A stretch of 64,000 nt of DNA, from assembly GCA_964016885.1 (NCBI GenBank), contig OZ024740.1:178808001-178872000 (forward strand), written 5' to 3'. How positions within the stretch are numbered: the stretch's first letter is position 1; every line of letters starts with the position of its first letter. The position numbers and the translations under genes were made by a program. The stretch is from Eledone cirrhosa. Its lineage: Eukaryota. The notes under the pieces are model-generated. The model saw nothing but the letters and a program-made list of their open reading frames with translations, did no database searches and was not told where the DNA came from. Below are positions 31,427 to 47,633 of this stretch, piece after piece.

Positions 31427-31742
31427 AGGAATATTAACTTGGAGTTACTGTAGTTTCACCCGGGTGAGCACTCGATGTTTAGGTTCACTTCAGTGTCGAG
31501 GTGTAGAGCTATACAGAGTGTATTATAGTTAAATAAGATAACAAGGACGATATATATATAGTAATTCATTTAGATGTGTCATTTTGGTAGATAATATTAT
31601 GTAAATACCTATATATATATATGTATATATATTGAAAATATAAATAACTGACATTGTCAGTATTTTAAAACAATAGCGTATGGTCTTCAAAATGCTTTTA
31701 ATTAAGCATACAGTGTATTGCAAAAAATACACTATATATACA

Positions 31743-32090
<348 letters not shown>

Positions 32091-33095
32091 TAGTTACATA
32101 ATATTATGTACCAACATGACACATCTAAATGAATTACTATTGCAGATTAGATGAATAGGCTTAAAATGTACATTCATGTCAAAACCAAATCTCAAAGCAG
32201 GTACATCGTGTTGAATATGCACATCACACTTATGTCTTATTCCAACACCTGGGGACGTCGTATACGAAGTTTAACGTGCTGGAGAATTACACAAACTCTT
32301 GGATGTGGTTTAATATATTGCAATCTTAATATATAACAATCTTAATATATAAAAATCTTCAATATATAACAATCTCATATATATTCACACATTTATCAGT
32401 AAACACAAAATGCGCACCAACTGAAAAATATTTATGCTATTAAAATTTATGGAGACTTGTAAATTGAAAGCTTTGGAATATAAAAGTGTGTGTGTAGATA
32501 TTAGATATATTTTGAATTTCATTAAATTCCAGACAGCGTTTTCATAATTCCTCTTACGTTATTAGAATTTCTTGTAATCACAAAGAAAATCAGTAATCTC
32601 AAACGAGTTAACTTGTATAACTATATTTGGATATAACTGTTAGGTTGACAAACGTAAAATAATTACTAGTAAGTAAATTAAAGCATTTCTTTAATACTTA
32701 TTCTACTGGCATAGGAGAGTTAAAAGGATGTGTTGATACCGTCACTATCTAAAGGTAAACATCCAGAACACATAATATAGATGTTTTGTTCAACATTCTA
32801 ACGTTTCATCATCCTAAAACATTTTGGCGTTGCAGTGTATATATATATAAATATACACATATATATATACACACACATATATATATATATATATATATTT
32901 ATTAAAATAACAAATCGCTGCTTTCACCCTTAACGGGATGTTCTGAAACTAACAAAGTCAATCTGTGAACGCAGAAGTAAATATTTCAAAAAACGTTGCA
33001 ACCGGAGGAAGACAGGAAGACGATACTTTGGTTCGTGGAAACGTTCCCTGGCAAAGAACGGGAACAAAACGAATATAATACCTCATTATTTGGAG

Positions 33096-33265
33096 CGGTA
33101 GAGGGTCGGACGCCATGCTTTCCAGCATAGTTACGTCCCTTTACGATCTGAGTTCAAATCCGGCCGAGGTTGACTTTGCCTTTCATCCTTACGGGGTCGA
33201 TAAAATAAAGTACCAGTAATGCACTGGGTAATTGCTGGCCTTGCGCCTAAAGTAGAAACAATTAT
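33096..33265 (+). mobile_element. 5'-truncated Deu/Nin-like SINE with 15-bp target-site duplication
   Basis: ATTATTTGGAGCGGT at 33085-33099 and 33261-33275. Body nearly identical to 12358-12525. Confidence 0.85.
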
Positions 33266-33628
33266 TTGGAGCGGTGAAAAATAATTACACGCAAAGACAA
33301 AACCACGTTTATGGTATAAAAGAAGTCGTAGACTAATATTCTATTAGGTGGTTCATATAGACGTTCTCTGGCAATGAACGGAAAAAACGAAGATAATACG
33401 TCATATGTAGAGCGTGAAGAACAATTTCACGCAAAGAAAAAACCACGTAAATGGTATAACTGAAGTCGTAGACTAAAATTCTAACTAGGAAACCGAATGA
33501 TTCTCGGCTTCAGAGTTAAGAATAAAGTAAATAAAATACAGAGGCAATTGAAATTAAATAAATATATACACGCATCCATAGAATGAATAATAACATGTAG
33601 ACATCATAAAAATGTAATTTATTCCGTG

Positions 33629-33740
33629 TGCTTATAAATGTTTCCACGGTGGTTATACAGCCTAGTTATGCTATGTGCAAATTTATAACTATTTGCAAAA
33701 CCTAATTATCAAATGCTGTTACCACTGTTTCCTCAGAGCA
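33629..33740 (-). ncRNA. Long-stem-II hammerhead, probably from the 3' terminal repeat of the adjacent Naiad-type PLE (decayed relative at 49731-49842)
   Basis: UGCU-CUGAGGA-AACAGUGGU...ACCACCGUG-GAAA-CAUUUA-UA^-AGCA; stem III imperfect. Confidence 0.55.
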
Positions 33741-34088
33741 GAATGGTTAACATGTAAAATGTAAATACCCTCAAGGGAAGTTATTGGGGAAGATAGAGTA
33801 GAAAAGGAAGAGAGAAAGAAGGAGAGAGGGAGAGGGAGAGAGAGAGAGATATATATATATATGCAGGGGTTGGAGAAATGGGAGAAAGTGGTTTGTAGAA
33901 TACAGATATCTTAATCAAAATGTTGTGGTAGGGGTTTTATTATACTGGTTACTCTCAAAGCGACAACCTTAAGCGATGCGTTGATAGTTAAGTTTGGAAT
34001 TATTTATTGCCACAGAGGGCAGGTTCATAGATGTGGAGAGGGAGGGAGGTGGACCGAGGGCGAGAGATAGATAGATAGATAGAGATAG

Positions 34089-34193
<105 letters not shown>

Positions 34194-34366
34194 GAGATAG
34201 TGTGGGGACAGACGAAAGCTATGGAATGTGTGTACATTGAGTTCATAGTTGTAGGCTACAAATTGCACTTAAGTATCCATTTGCAGTGTAGGGGATATAG
34301 TTAAGATGTTGTTATTGAGAGAAAGTAATTAGCGAGAAACCAATGTTATAGTTACGGGTTCCACTG

Positions 34367-36327
34367 TTAAGTTTTTTTATAGTGAGAGAATTTAGCCTTC
34401 AGATTGTGGTTGCAGTATAATAATCGTTCGATTCTGTCATTTAGTAATTTATTTTTGGATTTTAAGATGTAAAAGAGTTCAAGGTTACATAACCTGCAGT
34501 ACTTCAATCCACTCCGATATGCACTAGTGCTGGAAAGTATATCCCATTTCAAGGTGAACTGTTGGTTGCGTTTACGGAGTTGCCAGGTCTTATTGGCGAG
34601 CGTGGTCACAAAACGGTGATTAGGATGTTTAATGGAGAATCGATGACGATACCAGCGAGATTTAGAGGAGGTAGTGGTAGACCCTATGTAATACCATTTC
34701 GGGTCGTTCGATTCAACAGTGCATTGATAAACAATGTTGGACTTTAGGCATTTATTCTTCAATGGACATCTTTCAGGTAGGTGGCAGTTACAGTTTTTAT
34801 TGTGGGTAGCAGGTATACCGTGGATAGGTTGGGATAACAGTACAGGTGGGTTGTGTAATACCCGTCTCCCATTTAGTGGTTGGGAGGCCGATACTACGTT
34901 ATGCACATCTGTTATTAAAATATTTTGTTTTGTAGTGTTGTTTAATTGCTTTAAGTTAAGTTTTTTTATGTATGCTTCAAGGTTTGGTGCAGTGGAGTAT
35001 GATAGCTTAATAGTCTTAGAGTGCAGAATTTTACTGTATTTATGGGAACTAGGGAAATGCTTGTTGATTAACTTAAAGAATGAAAGAGATAGTTTTGTAC
35101 TAATCGAAGCATTAAAAATGGGATTATACCAGATATACTTTCTACAACGTGATTTATTTGGTGATGATTTTCTATTATTAGTATGTCTGGTGGTACTGCA
35201 TGTGTGCGATTGTATTTCTGTATCCCGGTTACGTATTCTTTGATTTCGTGTATAGCTATGTGTGTTATGGATATTCTTATCAATGTATTCTATTGTATCC
35301 TGGTGGTCGGCATTCCTTAATGCATTATTATAGTATTCCGCATGTTCACTGAAAATCTCAGAGTTAGACGATAGGCGAGAGATTCTAAGAGAAATACTAC
35401 GGGGAACCGATTTGATCATGGAAAGAGGGTCATTTGAGTTAAAATTGATATAGGTAAGGTTCTCATTTATCTTGTGGAAGGGTTGTATCACTCCGGTATT
35501 TAAATTAAGAGTTACGTCTAGAAAATTGACTACTTTAAGATTGTATTCGTACGTTATATTTAGACCCAGTTCACTAAAAGATTTTCTAATGTTTTTCCGT
35601 AGCCTTTCAAGATTTTGGTTATTTAAGTTATTAACTAATAAAAGCGCGTCATCTCTATATATTCCCCCTGTAGATTACTAAATTTTCCATGTAGTATGTG
35701 GGCTATGTAAATTCCCAGAAGATCGGTGACCTCCGCTGAGTCGTTGGAGCCCATGGTGATGTCGAAGTTTGTGGGTCTGTCCTTACGTTCCCAGTAGCAG
35801 TTATCAAACTTGATATTAGTTTTCCTAGCCTCTAGAATAATATTAATTTCGTCGTCCGTTAGGTCGGAATTGACTTTGGCAAACGATAGGGCCTTACGTA
35901 AAGTGCTGGGTGAGATTGAAGAGTAGTATTCGTCTATGTCAAACTGTATAAACTTAGACTTATTCTTGTTCTTAACGTTATTAAACCAGCGAATTGCTTC
36001 GCTAGTGTTGCCCCATAATTTAATTTCTATTTTCTTTTTCAATTGAGTTATTACTCTGTCAAGTATATGTTTACTAATTTTTCCTATATCTGATTTAGAA
36101 GGGCATATAAGTCTAATTTTAGGGTTAGAGTCAAAATTTACCTTATGGTCCTTCAGGTTAAAGGTGGGGGTTGCGGGTATAATCGGCTCGGTTCTATCGT
36201 CTATCTTGAGATTCTTCACTACCTTGTATGCTTCGTTGTTAATGTTCGCTAGCGTAGTTTCACTTGTTTTTCTATATTTCTTATGTAGTTCTTTGCGTAT
36301 GAAGCTGTTGTATGTATCGATATCCAT
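34367..36327 (-). pseudogene. Naiad-type PLE RT + GIY-YIG, 5'-truncated, one frameshift near 35650
   Basis: LKDHK.NF..NPKIRLICPSKS, QFDIDEYYSSI, FDITMGS, YRDD at the frameshift, WYNP.F, CNC..CPL..KCL..NIVYQC, YYIGST, CRLC. Confidence 0.9.
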
Positions 36328-36351
36328 GTATCCATCGATACATACAACTGC

Positions 36352-36398
<47 letters not shown>

Positions 36399-36439
36399 AT
36401 AATAAGAATATTTATATTTATATATGTTTAATACAATTA

Positions 36440-38790
<2,351 letters not shown>

Positions 38791-38793
38791 AAC

Positions 38794-38833
<40 letters not shown>

Positions 38834-38836
<3 letters not shown>

Positions 38837-40637
38837 GGCATTTGACATGGTGCCTCATTCTTGGATCACCAAAAGCCTGGAGATCTTCAAGGTGGCAGAT
38901 AACATCAGACAGTTGTTGGGCAAAAGTATGAAGTCCTGGGAAACAGAGTTAACATCAACTGGAGAATCCTTGGGAAGGGTGAAGATCAAGAGAGGTATCT
39001 TCCAGGGAGATAGTCTGTCCCCTCTGTTGTTTGTCCTTGCCCTGATGCCTCTGACCAGTGTACTGCGAAAAGTGAGAGCAGGATACAGGTTGGGAAAGGG
39101 AGGGCTTACCATCAATCACCTCCTCTTCGTGGACGATCTTAAGCTCTTCGGGAAGAGTGAGAAGGAGTTGGATGTGCTTGTTGACACTGTCCGTATTTTC
39201 AGCAATGATATATGTATGCAATTTGATATTAGTAAATGTGGAGTCATTGTGATGAAGAAGGGTAAGTTGAGAAGAAGTAACGGAATCCAGGTACCAACAG
39301 GTGAGATGATAAAGGAAATTGACTCTGAAGAAGGATACAAGTATTTGGGTGTTTTGGAGGCTGATGGCATCAAGAACAAAAAAATGAAGGAATTAATAAG
39401 AACTGAATACATTCGGAGAGTAAGGAGCGTATTAAAGTCACATCTGAACAGTAGGAATGCCATAAGTGCAGTAAATTCCCGAGCTGTGTCTATTATTAGG
39501 TACAGTGCGGGAATTCTGAGATGGAATGTTGTTGAACAAAAAGAAATGGATAGGAAGACTAGGTTGCTATTGACTATATACAACATGTTCCACAAGAGGA
39601 GTGATGTTGATAGACTCTACTTAAGGAGATCTGAAGGTGGAAGAGGTCTTATCAGCATAGAGGACTGTGTTCAGATGGAGAAAAACAACCTACACAAATA
39701 CATGACTGATAGTAAGAAGCCAATCCTCAGAACTGTACTGAAGGAGTGGACAATAGGCCAGGGGATGTCCACGGAGGAAATAACATCAAGGAGAAAGAGC
39801 AGCCTTCATGAAAAATCCCTTCATAGTACCTTCTTTGAGAAAACTAAATTTAGAGATCCACAGACATGGAATTGGTTGAAAAGAGGAGACCTTAAAAAGG
39901 CTACAGAAGGAATGTTAATGGCTGCACAGGAGCAGACCCTCAAAACGAAGTGGTTGAAACACCATATTTACATGGAGGAGGCTAGCCCACTGTGCAGGAT
40001 CTGTGGAGAGAGAAAGGAGACTGTAGCTCACATTGTATCCGAGTGTAAACACCTAGCCCAGACTCACTATAAGGGCTGGAGACATGATGTGATGGGCAGG
40101 GTGATCCACTGGCACTTATGCAAAGTAAACAATTTACCACATTCTGAGAAGTGGTATGAGCATAAGCCAGAGTCGGTGATAGAAAACGATCAGGTGAAGG
40201 TGCTGTAGGATTTTAGGATACAGACGGACAAGAAACTGGAACACAATAGACCTGACCTGGTGGTTGTGGACAAAGAAAAAAGATCGTGCCTGATTATGGA
40301 TGTGGCCTGCCCATTCGACACGAGAGTGCAAGAGAAGGAGAGGGAGAAAATTAACCGATACCAGGACTTAAAGTGGGAGGTAAAAAGGATTTTGAACTGC
40401 CATGAAGTCAAAGTGATCCCGATTGTCATAGGCGCACTAGGGACTATCTCAAAAAGTTTCCAGGGACGGTTAAAGAAAATTGGCCCCTTCACGCTTTTTG
40501 GAACGCTTCAAAAGGCATGCTTGCTTGGAACAGCAAGAACCCTCCGATACGTCCTGAATATCTGAGGCTGCAGGTAATGGCTTGATATTCATTTCAACAA
40601 CTTTCCAGTTAACTAACATCAATGACTGAGACTCAAA

Positions 40638-40640
<3 letters not shown>
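38834..40640 (+). mobile_element. 5'-truncated Dong/R4 LINE in (TAA)n
   Basis: Starts mid-RT (KAFDMVPH). RT-CCHC-RLE with one TAG at 40206. (TAA)n on both sides. Confidence 0.93.
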
Positions 40641-40678
<38 letters not shown>

Positions 40679-40725
40679 TAATAATAATAATAATAATAAT
40701 AAGAAGAAGAAGAAGAAGAAGAAGA

Positions 40726-43700
40726 CGCACGTGGTGACGGAGGTCATGAAATCGCTCCCGTAAGTTTTGAATTTTTAACATATTTAAATCATTTGTGAAA
40801 TAACAACTCTTAGTACAAATGCTACGTAAAGCACCCGGCTTGAGCCCCAAAAAATTCGGACCCAAAATATATTGTTATAAGACTCAAATATTCAAATATT
40901 CAACTTTGTATTGTACACTGTATATCCAAAAAAGAAAATGGCTATAAATGGAAGGAGACCCCCCCCCCCTCCTCTCCTCTGTCTACACTATATAGGACAG
41001 CCAAACTCACCAACACCAGAAACTAGATACACCACCCACCCCATCATCTGTGTACACTAAACACAACAGCCAGATAACGGCATTTTCACCTTCACCGCCA
41101 CCGCTCACTACGGCCATCATTACCACCACTATCCCATCACCGCCGCCACCACCCCTTGACTCCTTCACTGCTGCCACTGCTACAGCACCATCACTACAGT
41201 AATACGGTCACATCTCCGCCACCACTGACTCGGTATCGACATCACCACCACCACTGTCTCAGTATCGCTACCGCCGCCAGTCTCCCACTTCTCCCTGCTG
41301 GCTGCTACTTCCACATTATAGAATTCCTACTACTAACAAAGAGGAAGGCATCAAAATATATAGATAAACTCAAAAGAAAAAAGAAAAAACAAACAACAAA
41401 ACCAAAGCAGCACAGCAACAACAGCAAAAACGAGAAAAACAAACAGAGAAAAACAAAAACAAAAAAATAAACCCCCAAAACGTAAAGAAAATAAGAATGA
41501 AGAGAGAAGCAGGCGGACGGACAGAGAAGAGGGGGGGGGGGAAAGTAAAACTTAAAAAACAAAAACTAAGTCAGACATTCGAACACTACATTACAATGAA
41601 ACTTATGCTTATTCATTTTTGGGGCCCTTTCTGCCTGTGTGTTTGTTTGTTTATGTGTGTTCGTATACAGCGTGGTGATAATGCCACACAAGGGCCAAGT
41701 GGGATGGCGGATCCACAGATGGCTATGTAACCATACATTCGCCAATCCTCGATAAGAGTGTTTAAATATCGAACATAAACAGTTCGAATAACGGTGAAAT
41801 GGAGACTAGAACGTCATGTGACAGACCCTCACCCAACAGGTGCCCCCTGGTTCAGCAGCAGGAACCTGACTGTCAATCAAATACTGCTGATGTTGGAGGA
41901 AGAAGAAGAAGGAAAGGGGCCAGAACCAACTGGACGAAAGAATTGAATAGAACTGTTATGCAATGCTACCTGAAAAGTAACCCCAAGGAGAGGGGCTACA
42001 GGAGACGGATGCATAACATCTGGAACGAGATTGGTTTATTTAAATTAGATGAACAAAAATTGGCCGGGCAGGCTCGGGTAATAAGAACTAATGGGTGGAT
42101 AAGCGAGCTGGAACTGGAGGAACTGAGCAGAGAGAATGGCTTGGAGATGGCGGGTGTAGTATGCCAGACAAGCGAGCCAGTGGGAAATGAAGGTGAAGAG
42201 GTCCTGAGAACGGAGGAACCACCCGAAGCAGACAATGATCTGAATACTGAGATAAATAATACCTGGAACAGAGATACGGCCACTGAGGAGATGAATGCTG
42301 ACGGGCTAGGACAAGATTCGGTTGACATCCTAAATTTAGTGGTAGATGAATTGAACAATGATAGTGGGAGACCTATGAACCTAAGATTTGTAGACAGGAA
42401 AAAGTTAAAAGAAACAAGAGCTAAGGTAAACAAAGTCATCCCATACCTTGAGGCGAGGAGCCTTCACCAATGCAACAATATCCTCAAAGCAACAGCAAAT
42501 ACGGTGAGGAAACTACTTGGTATAAAAGCGAGAGGAAACAACAGACAAGAAAGAGCAGAGCCGTGGTGGAAGAAGCGACTGAGTGGGCAAATCGGGGAAA
42601 TGAGAAATGACATAGGAAAGCTTGAGTCACTACTGAATGGGACACTAAAAAACATAGGCACTAAAAATAGACTGGAAATAAAATACAAAACTAGGAGTAA
42701 AAAGCTAAATATTATCATAGAGGAATTGAAGCAACGCATTGTAGCAAAGAGTGCAAACATCAGGCGGTACGAGAACAGAGTCAGTCAGTATAAACAGAAC
42801 CGCATGTTCGACAACAACCAGAAGATGCTGTTTGGACAGCTTGAGGGGAAAGAAAGAGGCAACGACTTGATCCCTGGGGCGGAACAAACTAAAACATTCT
42901 GGAGAGGAATATGGGAGCAGGATGTTAGACACAATGCCCAGGCAGGGTGGATTGAGACAGTACAGAGGGAGATCGGTGAGCAGGCACAACAACAGACTGA
43001 TTTGAGTATCACAGTTGAAACTCTTAAGGGGCAGGCCAAAAAACTAACCAACTGGAAATCACCAGGCCCAGATGGTGTGCAGGGGTATTGGATTAAACAT
43101 CTAACATCCCTCCACCCGAAGCTGACGGCCATGTTCAATGACTGCTTGGTGTCGGGTGAGGTGCCAGAGTGGTTGACAAAAGGTACCACAGTTCTGATAA
43201 TGAAAGACCGAATCAAGGGTAATGATGTTACCAACTATAGACCTATCACATGTCTGTCCGTAATGTGAAAACTGTTCACGAGCATTGTGTCTGAGGAAAT
43301 CTACCATCACCTCCACACAAGCAACTTGTTACCGGACGAACAGAAAGGATGCCGAAAGAAGTCACGTGGTACAAAGGACCAGTTGCTTATTGATAAGATG
43401 GTAATGGGGAATTGCAGGAGGAGACACACTGATCTTGCCATGGGATGGATAGACTACAGAAAGGCATTTGACATGGTGCCTCATTCCTGGATCACCAAAG
43501 GCCTGGAGATCTTCAGGGTGGCAGATAACATCAGACAGTTGCTAGGCAGGAGTATGGGGTCCTGGGAGACAGAGTTGACATCAACTGGAGTATCCTTGGG
43601 AAGCGTGAAGATCAAGAGAGGTATCTTCCAGGGAGATAGCCTGTCCCCTCTGTTGTTTGTCCTTGCCCTGATGCCCTTGACCATTATGCTGCGAAAAGTG

Positions 43701-45266
43701 AGAGCAGGATACAAGTTGGGAAGGGGAGAGCTTACCATCAATCACCTCCTCTTCATGGACGATCTTAAGCTCTTCGGGAAAAGTGAGAAGGAGTTGGATG
43801 TGCTTGTTGACACTGTCCGTATTTTCAGCAGTGATATATGTATGCAGTTTGGTATTGGTAAATGTGGAGTCATTGTGATGAAGAGGGGTAGGTTGAGCAG
43901 AAGTAACGGGATCCATATACCAACAGGTGAGATGATAAAGGAAATTGACTCTGAGGAAGGATACAAGTATTTGGGCGTTCTGGAGGCTGATGGCATAAAG
44001 AGCAAAAAAATGAAGGAATTGTTAAGAACTGAATACATTCGGAGAGTAAGGAGCGTATTGAAGTCACATCTGAACAGCAGAAATGCCATAAGCGCAGTAA
44101 ATTCCCGAGCTGTGTCTATTATCAGGTACAGTGCGGGAATTCTGAGATGGAATGTTGCTGAACAAAAAGAAATGGATAGGAAGACTAGGAAGCTATTGAC
44201 TATCTACAACATGTTCCACAAGAGGAGTGATGTCGATAGACTCTACCTAAGGAGATCTGAGGGTGGAAGAGGTCTTATCAGCATAGAGGACTGTGTTCAG
44301 ATGGAGAAAAACAACCTATACAAATACGTGACCTATAGTAAGGAGCCAATGCTCAGAACTGTACTGAAGGAGGGGACAGTAGGCCAGGGGATGTCCAAGG
44401 AGGAAATAACATCAAGGAGGAAGAGCAGCCTTAAGGGAAAATCCCTTCATAGTACCTTCTTTGAGAAAACTGAATTTAGAGATCCACAGACATGGAACTG
44501 GTTGAGAAGAGGAGACCTCAAAAAGGCTACAGAAGGAATTCTATTGGCTGCGCAGGAGCAGGCCCTCAAAACGAAGTGGTTGAAGCACCATATCTACAAG
44601 GAGGAGGCTAGCCCACTGTGCAGGATCTGTGGAGAGAGAGAGGAGACTGTGGCTTACATTGTGTCCGAGTGTAAACACCTAGCCCAGACCCACTATAAGG
44701 GCTGGAGACACGATGTGATGGGCAGGGTGATCCACTGGCACCTGTGCAAAGTAAACAATTTACCACATTCTGAGAAATGGTATGAGCATAGGCCAGAGGC
44801 GGTGATGGAGAACAATCAGGTGAAGGTGCTGTGGGATTTTAGGATACAGACGGACAAAAAACTGGAACACAATAGACCTGACCTGGTGGTTGTGGACAAA
44901 GAAAAAAGATCGTGCCTGATTGTGGATGTGGCCTGCCCGTTCGACACGAGAGTGCAAGAGAAGGAGAGGGAGAAAATTAACCGATACCAGGACCTAAAGT
45001 GGGAGGTGAAAAGGATTTGGAACTGCCATGAAGTCAAAGTGATCCCGATTGTCATAGGCGCACTGGGGACTATCTCCAAAAGTTTCCAGGGATGGTTAAA
45101 GAAAATCGGCCCCTTCACGCTTTTTGGAACGCTTCAAAAGGCATGCTTGCTTGGAACAGCAAGAACCCTCCGATACGTCCTGAATATCTGAGGCTGCAGG
45201 TAGTGGCTTGATATTCAATCCAACAGACTTTCCAGTTAACCAACATCAATGACTGAGATTCAAGGA
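40726..45266 (+). mobile_element. Full-length Dong/R4 LINE in (TAA)n
   Basis: Preceded by (TAA)n(GAA)n and followed by (CAA)(TAA)n. ~1-kb putative 5' UTR (5' boundary inferred). 3' UTR matches the upstream copy. Confidence 0.88.
41799..45191 (+). pseudogene. Dong/R4 ORF (~1130 codons) with a single in-frame TGA
   Basis: Myb-like [72 protein letters not shown] at 43266-43268 replaces the usual Trp of M-W-KL. Confidence 0.93.
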
Positions 45267-45635
45267 ATAACAACAACAATAATAATAATAATAATAATAA
45301 AAACCAATGTCGCAGATAACACTAGACCACCCAATTTTAATTTATCTAATTAGATCTTCATAAATATAGGACTACACCTTAATTAAAAGACCACACTAAC
45401 CTATATACTGTCAATAAACCCCTTGCTTGATCTCTTACCTTATAACTATTTTGCCTGTACTTTTTGCTTAAACCTCTTACACTTTCAACCAGTGCTTCCA
45501 GTAATTGTGTTCTCTCAAGCATAACATCTTTTTAACTCCTGACTCTCCACATGATGTCTACGACACTAACAACAATCATGTACCCCAAATATTCTCAATT
45601 ATTAGGATTTTAGTCACATGTTTCGACATTCCATA

Positions 45636-45682
45636 TGCTCTGATGATACCAGACTTCCCTCTGGAAGAAACAATTGTCAGCA
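45636..45682 (+). ncRNA. Minimal hammerhead, same family as 31302-31346
   Basis: UGCU-CUGAUGA-UACCAGA..UCUGGAA-GAAA-CAAUUG-UC^-AGCA. Confidence 0.8.
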
Positions 45683-45959
45683 AATAAATGTTCTAAACTA
45701 AAATTTGAATGTTTTAACACTTTATATATATATATATATGAATGTATGTATAATATATTTGGCAATATGCCGTATCTTTAATTAAAAACATTTTGAAGAC
45801 CATACGCTATACGATTTAAAGTAATGACTATATCAATTACCTCTTTTCGGCGAAAGGCGGGAGAGAAGCTAACAGTCTGTTTCACGGTGTTTAGCGATTA
45901 TCAGAGCCACGCACTCCCTGCTTCCGCCGAAAATTATAGAAGCTGGATTCTTATAGAAT

Positions 45960-46013
<54 letters not shown>

Positions 46014-46019
<6 letters not shown>

Positions 46020-47125
46020 TAACTCATGTCTATAGAATCAATCAGATATTAAAATATATACTATTTCTTCTTCTAATCAGCATAATTAACCATATACATA
46101 ATCAAATCTAGCAAGCTTTAAGAATAAATTTTCTAACGGGGAAATCTCCGACAAATAATTGATCGCAGCTAGTTCGCGGTAACTCCGTTCACTATTTATC
46201 AAACACTTCGGCAGCATGCAGAATCCGATCAAATATATCGTCAACCGCACGTAATTAGTAGTAAAATTAAACTTAGAAGAAATGCGCACATACCGTAATT
46301 ATATCTCTACCATGGTTTCTTCCTTGTTTAGGACATCCAAATAATATGGATATGCTTTGAGTCAGGAATCATCAGGAGACAAACTCAGAAATAGACATTT
46401 AATTTCTCAGACCGACCGCGCCAAATTTAGGTTCAAAAATGGCTAAGATCGCTATGTAGCTGTGTACCAGCCAGAGAGAAAGCGTGTGATTGGTCGCTTA
46501 CGGCGGGTAGGCATGCTGCTAGAAAGCGCAGCCATATATCGCCAAATTTAATCTCAACCGAAAGGGAGATTATTAAATATATACACAGCTACATAGCGAT
46601 CTTAGCCATTTTTGAACCTAAATTTGGCGCGGTCGGTCTGAGAAATTAAATGTCTATTTCTGAGTTTGCCTGCTGATGATTCCTGACTCAAAGCATATCC
46701 ATATTATTTGGATGTCCTAAACAAGGAAGAAACCATGGTAGAGATATAATTACGGTATGTGCGCATTTCTTCTAAGTTTAATTTTACTACTAATTACGTG
46801 CGGTTGACGATATATTTGATCGGATTCTGCATGCTGCCGAAGTGTTTGATAAATAGTGAACGGAGTTACCGCGAACTAGCTGCGATCAATTATTTGTCGG
46901 AGATTTCCCCGTTAGAAAATTTATTCTTAAAGCTTGCTAGATTTGATTATGTATATGGTTAATTATGCTGATTAGAAGAAGAAATAGTATATATTTTAAT
47001 ATCCGATTGATTCTATAGACATGAGTTATGATATAATGCTCTGATTTTTTTATTTTAATTTATTAATTCTTCGTTGAGCTTAAAAGTGAACAGTTGCAAC
47101 ACATATATGTATCCTTGATTTAATT
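46014..47125. mobile_element. Young fold-back HHR element, arms 46014-46465 / 46583-47033, tail to ~47125
   Basis: Arms nearly identical (they give the same 67-aa spurious ORF on both strands). (TA)n flanks. Confidence 0.9.
46304..46379 (-). ncRNA. Hammerhead with extended stem II (mirror at 46669-46744 on +)
   Basis: UCUC-CUGAUGA-UUCCU..CAUAUCCA/UGGAUGU..AGGAA-GAAA-CCAUGG-UA^-GAGA; palindromic stem III ACCAUGGU. Confidence 0.8.
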
Positions 47126-47151
47126 TTATTTTATTTTATGTATGTGATAAC

Positions 47152-47199
<48 letters not shown>

Positions 47200-47204
<5 letters not shown>

Positions 47205-47315
47205 AACAAGTAAGACCCTGGGGTCTTACTTGTTCCTATTACCCACTCTACTACCCTAAGTATTGAGTACTTTGGTGCGTTATGGTCCACCTGGTTCCTT
47301 ACCACATTTCCTTCG

Positions 47316-47320
<5 letters not shown>
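47200..47320. repeat. Short (TA)n-embedded repeat family (also 26165-26315, 63085-63225, 63619-63765)
   Basis: Shared CCACTCTACT..TATTGAGTACT..TGCGTTATGGTCCA(C/T)CTGGTTCCTTACCAC. The 63619 copy has an inverted terminus. Confidence 0.7.
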
Positions 47321-47398
<78 letters not shown>

Positions 47399-47539
47399 TG
47401 TATATATATAGTCTTTCCAGTTTCATTTCACATTATATACATGTCTGTGCACATTTTAATTATTCAAAAATTATTTTTAAGAGGATTTTAAAACAATATT
47501 TTGAAGTGAACATGGCCCAACGGGTTACGGGAGGTCTAG

Positions 47540-47626
<87 letters not shown>

Positions 47627-47633
47627 ACATATA

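Noticed and set aside
43266-43268. Programmed read-through or a two-ORF structure in Dong
   Set aside because: The stop replaces a conserved Trp (TGG>TGA), and the sister copy has an analogous TGG>TAG elsewhere.
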